Assembly: GCA_037441385.1 (NCBI GenBank)
Contig: JBBISH010000025.1
Span: forward strand, 1-60,360
DNA from: Myxococcales bacterium
Lineage (GTDB): Bacteria; Myxococcota_A; UBA9042
DNA length: 60,360 nt
Direction of reading: 5' to 3'
Shown one piece after another: positions 49,399 through 59,100 of this stretch. Numbering within the stretch: the first letter of the stretch is position 1; each line of letters opens with the position of its first letter. Both the position numbers and the translations under genes were made by a program. The notes under the pieces were generated by a model. The model ran no database searches and was not told the DNA's origin. It saw only the letters and a list, made by a program, of their open reading frames with translations.

Positions 49399-49992
49399 CT
49401 ACTGGTGGCAGCCGGTGCAGTCGGTCGTGGCGTAGATGTGCTTGGACTTGAGGTCGGGCGGCGGGTTGCGCGTGTAGTCGCGGTGGCAATTCACGCACCA
49501 GCCCATCGCCAGCGACGAGAACTGCTTGACCTCGGTCATCTCTTGGATCGGACCGTGGCAGGTCTGGCAGGCTACGCCCTTGTTCACGTGGCGGCTGTGG
49601 TCAAACGACACGAAATCAGGCAGGTTGTGGACCCGCACCCATGGCACCGGCTCGCCCTTCTTGTAGTAGTCGGTGAGCTTTTGGATCTGCGGCGACTCGG
49701 TCCGCACGGTCTTGTGGCAGTTCATGCACACGGCAACCGGCGGAATCCCAGCCTTTTTGCTCTTCTCGGAGCCAAAGTGGCAGTACTTGCAGTCCATCTT
49801 CAGATCGCCCGCGTGGATCTTGTGCGAATACGAGATCGGCTGGATTGGCGTGTAGCCCTTGTTGTAACCAAGCGGATTCAAGTCTGAATTGTCGCAACCG
49901 GTCAGCAACGACAGCCCCAAGGCCGCAACCAACAGCGCCGCGCGCCACCAGCCGGTCAGGGGGTTGTTCGAGCGGTGTCGGACCGAGGTCAT
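49399..49992 (-). CDS. actA: Alternative complex III pentaheme cytochrome c subunit A
   Basis: 'PIQPISYSHKIHAG'; five CxxCH motifs (CKYCH, CMNCH, CQTCH, CVNCH, CTGCH); 'WVRVHNLPDFV.FDHSRH'. Confidence 0.93.
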   Translation of the reverse strand: MTSVRHRSNNPLTGWWRAALLVAALGLSLLTGCDNSDLNPLGYNKGYTPIQPISYSHKIHAGDLKMDCKYCHFGSEKSKKAGIPPVAVCMNCHKTVRTESPQIQKLTDYYKKGEPVPWVRVHNLPDFVSFDHSRHVNKGVACQTCHGPIQEMTEVKQFSSLAMGWCVNCHRDYTRNPPPDLKSKHIYATTDCTGCHQ

Positions 49993-50388
49993 GGACAGGC
50001 TCCAGTGCCGCGCAGCGCGATCTGCGGGCTCAACAAGGACGGAAAACGCCGCGCACGCGTACTAGACGGTGTTGCGTGACGCCGTGGTGACGATCGGTGA
50101 CCGTCAAGGACACGTGGTGGCCATTTGGGTGATGCGCGCACGCGACGACTTGCTCGGGCCGAGCATTGAACCCGGCGAAACTACGAGAAAACATCGAGTG
50201 GCGGGGCGACTCGCCGGCTCGACGCGGCATAGTCTGAACGAAAACCGGTGATAAGTCCAGATGGCGCAGCCGTGACAATCCCTGCGGGGGCATGATGCGG
50301 CCAAAAAGTCGGCTGCCGCGGTGTCGCCGGCCTTGAGCCGGCCCGATCGACACCGGCGCGCCGCGATCGCCCGCCCGCGGGCCACACC

Positions 50389-51381
50389 CTACTCGGGCTC
50401 CGAACGGTTGCCGCGGTCGCTGCGATGCAGCCGCAGGTCGCTGCCGCCCAGGGCCAGGCCCGAGTCGCCAGAGGTCTCGGAGTAGAGCTGGATGCCGCGG
50501 TGGCCGGTGGCACGGGCCACGTCCAGCGCGATCTCGGCGCGCGTGTACAACTCGTTGCCATCGGTGGCGTCGTCGGGAAACACCGCGATGCCGGCAGTGA
50601 ACGTGGGCACAAAGGCCGCTGCACCCATCATGTCCAGCGTCGTCGGCTCCAGGACCAGCGCTCGCCAGATCTTGCGCAGTAGCTTGCGTGCTTCGAAACC
50701 GTTGATATGATGGAGAATTAGGCCAAAGCGATCGTCGCCCAGTCGCGCCACCGTGTCCGAGCGCCGCAGCGCCGACTGCAGGTGCCGAGCAAGGTCGATC
50801 AGCAGCTGCCGCACCAGCGGCCGGCCGCGCGCCGCCTCTAGGGCGACAAAGCCGTCCATGTCCAGAACCGCCACCGCCATGGGCATCGCGGCGCGCGACG
50901 ACAAGCGCATCATCGGATCCAGGCGCGAAAAGAACACGTGCGGGGTCGGCAGGCCTGTCAGCGGATCGCTGGTGACCATGGCTTGGTGGAGCCGGCTCGC
51001 CTGGACGCGCGCCACCAGCCGAGCGGCCAGGTGCGACGGATCGTCGCGGGCCGTGCCAAAATCGTCAAAGCCGCTCTGCAGCCAGCGGGCACAGTCGGTC
51101 GGGGCGCCTTGCGGCAAAACCACCATCAGCGTCGGCAACTGGCGGCCGGCCCGCTCGACGATCGACAGCCACAACTGATCGGGATCTTCGCCGGGCTGCG
51201 GGGCGAGCACCAAGGCCGCTGCGCCGCGCTCGAAGCTGGTCTGGGCCGCCTGATCCGTTGATACGATTTCTGCTTGAAATCCAAGCGTTTTCAGCGTCTC
51301 AACCAGGCTGCTCACCCACGCGGCACCGGCGTCGGCCACCACGATGTAGTCCGAATGCGTAACAGGAGCGCGAAGATCCAT
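50389..51381 (-). CDS. Pseudo-receiver plus degenerate GGDEF-domain protein
   Basis: 'DPLTGL', 'LDMDGF', 'RRSDTVARLGDDRF', 'TAGIAVFPDD..ELYTRAEIAL'; N-terminal receiver-like fold lacking the acceptor Asp. Confidence 0.85.
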   Translation of the reverse strand: MDLRAPVTHSDYIVVADAGAAWVSSLVETLKTLGFQAEIVSTDQAAQTSFERGAAALVLAPQPGEDPDQLWLSIVERAGRQLPTLMVVLPQGAPTDCARWLQSGFDDFGTARDDPSHLAARLVARVQASRLHQAMVTSDPLTGLPTPHVFFSRLDPMMRLSSRAAMPMAVAVLDMDGFVALEAARGRPLVRQLLIDLARHLQSALRRSDTVARLGDDRFGLILHHINGFEARKLLRKIWRALVLEPTTLDMMGAAAFVPTFTAGIAVFPDDATDGNELYTRAEIALDVARATGHRGIQLYSETSGDSGLALGGSDLRLHRSDRGNRSEPE

Positions 51382-51555
51382 GGCTTCCTTCAAGCAAATC
51401 CAACCGTGTCGGATCGATGGTCCGCGCCACCCCACGGGCAAGAACGGGCGGCGCGGCCTTCTGCTCGCCAGTCGCCATGTGTGTGGGGGGCGCCGTTCAT
51501 GGGTGAACCAGCAGGGTGAACCCGCAGCGGGGAGCCGAAGCTCGCGGCCATCCTG

Positions 51556-54500
51556 TCAGGGGCAGACGTTCGAGGACAAGGGCGTGCCCCGGTCCTTGGT
51601 CAAGCATTGCTTGCAGTTCGTTCCGCCGCCAACGCAGTCGTCGGGCGTGCCGCAGAACTCGCCTTCCTTGGTGCACGGCGTGTTGGCGCATGCAGCAAAC
51701 GTGGAGCCCAGCTTGTCGTACAGCGGCCCAAAGAAGCAGGTGCCGCTCGCTTGGACCCAGCAGTCCTTGGCATCGTTCAGCGCCGGATCCAGGCAGCTGT
51801 CTTTCAGCATCATGGCCGCGCCTTTGACCCACGGCCAGGTGCTGTCGTAGTAGATGGCGTCGACCAGCTTGCCGTCGGCGTTGGTCAGCTTGATGCCGTC
51901 GCTGCCGTTCGAGAGCACGAAGGTGCCGTTGGCCGACATCGCGCCGCCGTCGTACCAGCCGTACATCGCCTTGATGCCGTCGTTGTAGACCGGGTTCGAG
52001 TTGCGCGCCAGCACGGCATAGGTGCCGGGCAGGATTACGTACGCGTCCAGGCCGGGCTGCAGGACCGAGGTCTCTGGTTGCAGGTTGCCGCTGGGGGCGC
52101 AGTAGGGGCCGGTGGCGTTGCCCGTGGACTGCGACGCCCAAGTGCAACTGACCGCGCCCGCGCTGTGTTTGCTTGCCGTGTTGTCGGTCAGGCCGGTGCC
52201 TGCGCCTTCGTCCATGGCCAGCGCGAGCGTGTCGCCGGCGGCGATGCTGCCGCTGGCCCAGCGCGCTTGCGGACCAAATACGCGGAAGAACGCGGGGAAG
52301 CTGACCTTTTGGTTGAAGCTGGGGTAGCCGGCGCTGCCGGCGTTGTTGACCTGCTTGCCCGAGAACACGCGGAACGAGGCCGCGCGGCCCTTGAGGTAGT
52401 GGCTGATCTTGCCCGTGCCCGAGTCGCGCTGCGCGCCCACCGTGACAAAGCTGGCGATGGCGGTGCTCGCCGGATAGTCGGTCAGATTGGTCGAGGCCAC
52501 TTCCTTGCCGTTGACCCAGGCGTGCAGGCTGGTGCCGCCTTCCACGGTCAGCGCGACGTGGGTCCACTTGCCCTGCAGGGCCAGGCCCATATCCAACTCC
52601 TTGGTGCCGGCGATGGCGTACAGGTGTCCGCCCGACGAGCGCACGGCCAGCGGGTACTTGCCGGCCTCGCCGTAGCTGAACAGATCGGTGCAGGTCGCCA
52701 TCGCGCCGCCCACGGTGCACAGGTCACCGGCGGTCAGCGCGTCCAGCAGGAACCAGCCGTGGATGGTCAGGCTGGGCGAGTAGTACAGCTGGTTGGTGGC
52801 GGCGGGGTTGTTGTCGATCCCCACGTAGCTCGCCTTGCCGTCGAACAAAAGCGCGGTGCACTGGCCTTCGACCTCGCAGGTCTTGCTGCAGCCGTCGCCC
52901 GGGCTGTTGTTGCCGTCGTCGCATTGTTCCGTGGCCTCGACAAAGCCGTTGCCGCAGAAGGGCTTGATGGTATGGCTGTCGGTGCCGGCGCCGGTGGTCG
53001 GGTTCAAGTCGGTCAGCGACCAATTGGTCAGGTCGATCGGCTTCTTGGTGGGGTTGTAGACCTCGAACCACTCGCCGTAGGTGTCGTACTGCGCCAGTGG
53101 CTGCACCATCACCTCGGTGATGACCAGCGTGCCATCGGGCGCGGGCGGCGGTTCGATCTTGCACTTGGCGTCGCAGCCGTCGCCGGGCACTAGGTTGCCG
53201 TCGTCGCAGGTCTCGTTGTTTTCGGGCTCCAGCTTGCCGTTGCCGCACACGGGGATGTCGACGCACTCGCCCGCCTTGCACCACTGGCCGTCGCCACAAA
53301 GGGTCTTGTCGGGCTGCGGCGTGACTTTGTCGGCCTTGAGGCAGGGGTTGGCGCAGCTGGGGTTGGCGGTGCCGGGCGTGCCAAAGTCGCCCAGGCTGCC
53401 ACTCCACATCTTCTTGGCCAGGCACCAGTTGGCCGAGGTGTCGTTGCCGGTCGCGCTGGTCGAGAACGGATCCAAGCTGAGCGAATAGCCGTCTTGGATC
53501 GGCCAGCCGGTCTGCGGGTCCACCTGCTTGCTGATGTACTGCAGCTTGTCGATGGTGGTCGAGTTCCAGTCCAAGATGATGTTGTCCGAGTAGTTCGACA
53601 GCGAGAACTCGCCGATCGGGTACACGTAGGCCGGCTTGGTGCCGCCGTTCTTGGTCGCGTCGCCGTTGGCGGCCAGCAGCAAGTAGCCCTTGGCGGGGAT
53701 GTACAAGCCCTTGGGCGCGTTGATCTTGTGGTTGTTCGTGCCGTTGTCGCGCAGCACCCAGCCATTCATGTCGATGGTCTGGGTGGTGGTGTTGAACAGC
53801 TCGACCCACTCGCCGTCGGTCTCGACCACAGCCTTGGGCTTGACCAAGAACTCGGTGATGACCACCGAGCCGACCTCGACGAATTCCTTGAGGCAGGTCT
53901 TGCTGCAGCCGTCGCCGGGAATGGTGTTGCCGTCGTCGCACTCTTCGTACGGGTTCAGCTTGCCGTCGCCGCAATTGACCGAGTCGCAGAAGTCGCCGAA
54001 GCCATCGCCGTCGGTGTCTTTTTGGTCGGCATTTGGGTACTTGGGGCAATTGTCGCAGACGTCGCCCACCCCGTCGCCGTCGCCGTCCAACTGGTCCTTG
54101 TTGCTCACGGCCTTGCAGTTGTCGCACAGGTCGCCCAGCCCGTCCTTGTCCTGGTCGGCCTGGTCGGCATTGAGCAAGAACGGGCAGTTGTCGGCTTCGT
54201 TGATGACGCCGTCGCCGTCTTTGTCCTTACCGGTGGGGATGCAGGTGGGGTTGGCCTTGCCGGGCGTGCCGGTGTCGCCGGTCAGCGGCAGCACCGTCTC
54301 GGCGTAGCACCAGTAGATGGGCAGGTCGTTTTGCGAGACCGAGTACTGGGTTGGATCCAATTGCAGCGCCTGACCCGGCACCACCTTGGGGGTGTTTACC
54401 GGGTAGTCCACCTTGTCGATCAGGGTGTTGTTGTTGAAGACCTGCACCGTGCCCGCCACCGGATCCATGGTCAGGCCCTTCTTCCACTCCACGTCGACGT

Positions 54501-56070
54501 TGATGCCGCCGTTGAAGAACTTGTCCTTGCTGGCGCCGATGACCAAGTACTGGCCCGGCTGCAGGGTGATCGGCACATCGGCGGGCAGCAGCGACTCGCC
54601 CTTGACGCCAAACGACAGCTTCCAGCCCGCCAGGACCACCGGCTTGCTGTCGCCGTTGTACAGCTCGATCCACTGGGCGTAGGCGTCGTCGATGTTGTTG
54701 CTGTGGGCAAAGATCTCGGTGATCACCACCTTGGCTGGCACGATCGCCGCGATCTTGCAGTCGGGCGTGCAGCCGTCGTTGTCGATCTTGTTGCCGTCGT
54801 CGCACTCTTCGCCGACATCCAGGTCGCCGTCGCCGCAGATCTGGGGGTCGCAGGCGTCGCCCTTGCCGTCGCCGTCGCTGTCTTTCTGGTCCGGATTGGC
54901 GGCGTTCGGGCAGTTGTCGCAGACGTCGCCCAACTTGTCGCCGTCGCTATCCTTTTGGTCCACGTTGGCCACGAGCAGGCAGTTGTCTTTGGCATCCGGG
55001 ATGCCATCTTTGTCCGTGTCGGGGGGCTTGGGGCAGTCCAGGTTGACATAGCCAGGCGTGCCAAAGTCACCGGCGCTGCCCGGCCAAGTGGCACTGGATT
55101 GGCACCAATTGTCGGGGTTGTCGTTGTCGGTGCCGGTCAGGTGGCCCTTGTCCAGCGAGATCGACTTGCCGGTGCCGTTCGCGAGCGGCCAAGTCGTGGA
55201 ATTCCAGCTGATCTCGTCGATGACCACGCCATCGGCCACCAGTTTGATCTTGTCGGCGTTGTCCGACAGCGTGAAGTTGTCGTAGACGTAGTCGACCGCG
55301 ACGCCGCCGTTTTGGCTCGCCGTGCCCCAGGCCCCCATGACCACCACGCCCTTGGGCGGCACGATCGTCGTGCACGACAAGACGGTCGACTCGTCCGCCT
55401 TGTCGTCGGTCAGGGTCAGGCCAAATAGCGGGATCGGGTCCTCGGTGGTGTTGTAGATTTCGAACCACTCGCCCACCGATTCGTCGACTTTGCCAGGGTG
55501 CACCATGACTTCGGAGACGATGAGCGACCCCGGCGGCAGGCCTGCCGGCAGTTTGGCGCACACGCCATCGGGGATGTCGTAGCTGACGTCCTGCTTGGGG
55601 CCCAAGTCGGGCGGGACATCGACTTGCACGTCGCTGCTGCCGTTGTCCGTCGCGTCCAGGTCGATGTCGCTGTCCGTTGCATCCAGGACTTCGTTGTCCA
55701 CGTCGTCCGTGGTCGCGTCGTCTACGTCGTCCACGTCGGGTTGTACATCCACGGAATCCTTGGTGTCTTTGGTGTCCTTGGTGTCCGTCGTGTCTTTGGT
55801 GTCGGCCGTATCCTTGCTATCGGCCGTGTCCTTGACGTCTTGGACGGCAATCTCCTCGGCCATCGCGTCCAGGGTGTCTTCGGCCAGGGTGTCGGCCAGC
55901 GTGTCTTCACCCTGCTCGATCTCGGCGCTCGTGTCGGGACCGGCATCCTTTTTGGTCACAGTCGTGGGTTTCTCGGCGTCGCTGCCACAGGCGGCCAGCA
56001 GGCTGAGCGCCACGCCCCACGCTACGCCCCGGGCCACTTTGCCCGAGATGCCTTTGCTCATGTCCGTCAT
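51556..56070 (-). CDS. Giant lipoprotein: D/T stalk, four lamin-tail-like domains, thrombospondin type-3 repeats, myxobacterial CGDG..ECDDGN repeats, LamG-like domain
   Basis: Lipobox 'LAAC'; 4 x '(L/V)(I/V)(I/V)(S/T)E....EW.E.YN'-type starts; 'DNCP..N.DQ.D.DGDG.GD.CD'; 4 x CG(D/N)G..CDDGN..DGC; '[15 protein letters not shown]'. Confidence 0.9.
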   Translation of the reverse strand: MTDMSKGISGKVARGVAWGVALSLLAACGSDAEKPTTVTKKDAGPDTSAEIEQGEDTLADTLAEDTLDAMAEEIAVQDVKDTADSKDTADTKDTTDTKDTKDTKDSVDVQPDVDDVDDATTDDVDNEVLDATDSDIDLDATDNGSSDVQVDVPPDLGPKQDVSYDIPDGVCAKLPAGLPPGSLIVSEVMVHPGKVDESVGEWFEIYNTTEDPIPLFGLTLTDDKADESTVLSCTTIVPPKGVVVMGAWGTASQNGGVAVDYVYDNFTLSDNADKIKLVADGVVIDEISWNSTTWPLANGTGKSISLDKGHLTGTDNDNPDNWCQSSATWPGSAGDFGTPGYVNLDCPKPPDTDKDGIPDAKDNCLLVANVDQKDSDGDKLGDVCDNCPNAANPDQKDSDGDGKGDACDPQICGDGDLDVGEECDDGNKIDNDGCTPDCKIAAIVPAKVVITEIFAHSNNIDDAYAQWIELYNGDSKPVVLAGWKLSFGVKGESLLPADVPITLQPGQYLVIGASKDKFFNGGINVDVEWKKGLTMDPVAGTVQVFNNNTLIDKVDYPVNTPKVVPGQALQLDPTQYSVSQNDLPIYWCYAETVLPLTGDTGTPGKANPTCIPTGKDKDGDGVINEADNCPFLLNADQADQDKDGLGDLCDNCKAVSNKDQLDGDGDGVGDVCDNCPKYPNADQKDTDGDGFGDFCDSVNCGDGKLNPYEECDDGNTIPGDGCSKTCLKEFVEVGSVVITEFLVKPKAVVETDGEWVELFNTTTQTIDMNGWVLRDNGTNNHKINAPKGLYIPAKGYLLLAANGDATKNGGTKPAYVYPIGEFSLSNYSDNIILDWNSTTIDKLQYISKQVDPQTGWPIQDGYSLSLDPFSTSATGNDTSANWCLAKKMWSGSLGDFGTPGTANPSCANPCLKADKVTPQPDKTLCGDGQWCKAGECVDIPVCGNGKLEPENNETCDDGNLVPGDGCDAKCKIEPPPAPDGTLVITEVMVQPLAQYDTYGEWFEVYNPTKKPIDLTNWSLTDLNPTTGAGTDSHTIKPFCGNGFVEATEQCDDGNNSPGDGCSKTCEVEGQCTALLFDGKASYVGIDNNPAATNQLYYSPSLTIHGWFLLDALTAGDLCTVGGAMATCTDLFSYGEAGKYPLAVRSSGGHLYAIAGTKELDMGLALQGKWTHVALTVEGGTSLHAWVNGKEVASTNLTDYPASTAIASFVTVGAQRDSGTGKISHYLKGRAASFRVFSGKQVNNAGSAGYPSFNQKVSFPAFFRVFGPQARWASGSIAAGDTLALAMDEGAGTGLTDNTASKHSAGAVSCTWASQSTGNATGPYCAPSGNLQPETSVLQPGLDAYVILPGTYAVLARNSNPVYNDGIKAMYGWYDGGAMSANGTFVLSNGSDGIKLTNADGKLVDAIYYDSTWPWVKGAAMMLKDSCLDPALNDAKDCWVQASGTCFFGPLYDKLGSTFAACANTPCTKEGEFCGTPDDCVGGGTNCKQCLTKDRGTPLSSNVCP
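55756..55833 (-). repeat. Degenerate 9-bp coding tandem repeat, (D-T-K/A/T)n
   Basis: [27 protein letters not shown]; ttggtgtc(t/c) units visible on the plus strand. Confidence 0.8.
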
Positions 56071-56150
56071 CTCTGCCTCGCCAATTTTGCTGCGCTCGTC
56101 GCCCGCTTGCCACCGCCCAACGGGCTGGGTTCGCGAGGTTTAGGGCCGCC

Positions 56151-56179
56151 AGCCTACGACCTTGCCTAGCACTTCGCAA
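56151..56179 (-). promoter_or_regulatory. Putative sigma70 promoter
   Basis: Minus strand TTGCGA-N17-TAGGCT, 80 bp upstream of ATG 56070. Confidence 0.5.
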
Positions 56180-56199
56180 CCTTGGCCAAGTGCCGGCAG

Positions 56200-59100
56200 C
56201 TACTTGAGGATGCGGGCGATCACCGCACCCTTGTTGCCATCTTGCGCCTCGCTGCGCCACACCGCGACGAACGTGCCGTCGCCGCGACCGACCACCGCCG
56301 GCAAGCTCTGGTTGCCCGTGAAGGTGAGGTTGGGCATGAAGTCCAGACCTTGCTGCGCCGCGTCTTTGAATTGCGCGGCCTTGAGGCCATAGCCCGACTC
56401 GTCTTCGCCCGCCGTCTGCCAGACTGCCAGCAGGTTGCCGGTGGACAAGAAGGTCACGGCGGGTTTGCTCTGCTCGCCCGCGGTGATGGCGTTCAGCTTG
56501 AATTCACCGCCCACCTTGGCGTTGTTCTTGTCAAAGCGCTGGGCGTAGATGCCAAAGTTGTCGCCGTCTTGGCCCAGCGACGACCACACCACCGTAAAGT
56601 TGCCGTTGCCGTCGACCGCCATCTTGGGCGAGGTCTGGTCGCTGGCGGTGGTGGTGTTGATCGCGAACGGACCGCCGATGGCCTTGCAGTCCTTGTACAG
56701 CATTTGGCCATACACACCCCAGCCGGCGCCGTCTTGGCCAAAGGACTGCCACGTGACCAGATAGCGCCCGTCGGCAAAGGCGACGAGCGCCGGGAATTGC
56801 TGCTTGTCGGCCGTGACCGAGTTGACGATTTGCTCGCCGCCGTAGGCTGCGCCCGTAGCGTCGTAGCAGCGCAACATCACATCGTAATTGGCGCCGCCGG
56901 CCTGGCCGTACGACTCCCAGACCACTGCAAACGAACTGTCGCCCTGCATGGCGACACTGGGCCGCCACTGGTCGTTGGCCGTGGTCTGGTGAACTTGGAA
57001 TTCATTTCCATTCTTGCTGCCGTCGCTCTTGAAGCGCTGGCCGTACACGCCGTCGATGTCGCCGTCCTGGCCCACCGAGTCCCACACCACCACGTAGTTG
57101 CCGGCGCTGTCCATCGCCACGCCAGGGGTGGTCTGCGAGCCGGTCTTGTAGGTGTTGACCACGGTCTCTAGGCCGACCAGGCTGCCGTCGGCGGCGTAGC
57201 GCTGCAGGCCGATGCCGGTGGCGTCGCCGTCGATGCCCTCGGAGTCAAAGGCGACCACAAAGGCGCCGCTGGTGGTGGTGGCGACGGCCGGGTTGCCCTG
57301 CTCGCCGGTCTTGGTCGTGTTGACCAGGACTTCTTTGGCGCCGTTGTAGACGTTGCCCAGCTTGTCGAAGCGGCGCGCGTAGATGTGGTTGTCGGCCAGG
57401 TTGGTCCAAGCCACCACGCCCACGTCGGTCGATAGGCCCTTGCCCACCGGGTAGCGCTGGTCGCCCGCCACCCCGGCGTTCAGCAGCTTCTCGCTGCCCA
57501 CCTTGGCGCCGGTCGAGGTGAACCACTGGCCCAAGATGCCGTAGCCGGCGCTGTCTTTGCCGCTGCCGTCTTCAAAGGCGACGGCGAACGAGCCGTCTTG
57601 GAACACCGCCAAGGTGGGCGCGCCCTGGTAGCCCGCGGTGGTGGTGTTGACGAGCACTTCCGAGTTGATCGGCACGCCCGGATCGGGCTTGAACACCTGC
57701 ATGGCCACGTCGCCGCTGGTGCTGTCGGTCTGCCAGGCGACGATGTAGCGGCCGCTGGGCTGGTAGGCGACGCTGGGGAACGTCTGTGCGCCCACGGCGT
57801 TGGTGTTGACCTGGAACTTGGTGCCGTTGGTCGAGCCGTCGGCGTAGTACATCTGCGCCCAAATCTCGGCGCCGTCGCTCCACACGATGATCGAGCTGTT
57901 GTCGCTGGCCACCGCCGCGGCGAACTGCTTCATGGACGCGTCGGTGCCCAGGTTCTTGGCCACGCTGTTGTCGGCGTTGACGATGGCCTTGTAGACGGTG
58001 CCGCCCTGGCCCCACACCATCAGGCGGCGGCCGTCGGCGTACGGCGCGACCACGAATTTGTCGAAGTACAGGGGTACCGCGGACGTGGAGCACGAAGTGT
58101 TGGTGGGCGCGACGGTGCTGACCAGCCCTCCCGAGTTGGCCTGCCACACGTCGCTGCGCTGGTACTGGAAGTACGACTTGCCGTTGTAGCGATAGCGCGT
58201 GCACGAGCCACTAAAGCAGTCGGTGTACGAACCCGCACTGCAACCATTGGTGGTCGTGCAGGCGTTGTAGTAGGCCGCAGTGCAGGACCCTGAGTCGTTG
58301 TAGTCGGACAGGGCCAGCACGTCGCTGGCGCCGCTGGGCGCGGTGGTCAGGCCCACATCGCGGATCACGTTTTGGAACGAGTAGGTCTGCTCGGTGTTTT
58401 CGCGCGAGCCCTCGTCGCGGCTGGTCCGTGTAGACACCGTGGTGTCCGTGTTGCCCCAGGCGACGCGGTAGCGGCCCCCGCCCAAGTCGAGGATCGCCGC
58501 GGCCTTGGCGGTGGCCAGGCTGGCGCTGGCGGTCTTGAAGGTCGAGATCTTCAGGTCGCCGCACTGGTTGTTCTGGCCCACGCACAGGCCGGCCTTGCAG
58601 GCGTCGGTGGGGGTGCAGACGTCGCCGTCGTTGCAGGCCGTACCGTCGACCTTGGGCTTGGGCACGCACTTCTTGTTCACCTCGTCGCAGCTGGGGTCGT
58701 TGCAGGTGTCGGCGACCTCGGTGCAGGCCTTGGGCCCGCCGGACAAGCACTTGCCGGCGCCGTCGCAGGTGTCGCCATCGGTGCAGAACTTGCCGTCTTC
58801 GCAGGGTGCGCCCAAGGTCTTGGGCGTCGGCTGGCACTGGTAGGTGACGGCCCCCGTCGACTTGCAGCTCCAGTTGTTGCACACGTCGGCGGCGTTGGTG
58901 CAGTCGACCGCGGCGCCCTTGACGCACTGGCCGGCGGCGCACTTGTCGTCTTTGGTGCAGCCGTTGCCGTCCGCGTCGCACGCCGTGCCGTCCGCTTTGG
59001 GGGTGCCCTTGCAGGCTTTGGTGGTTTCGTCGCAGACGCCGGTGGTGCAACCGCTGGTGCTGCAGTCCATGGCCGCGCCGCCCGTGCACTTGCCGGCCTT

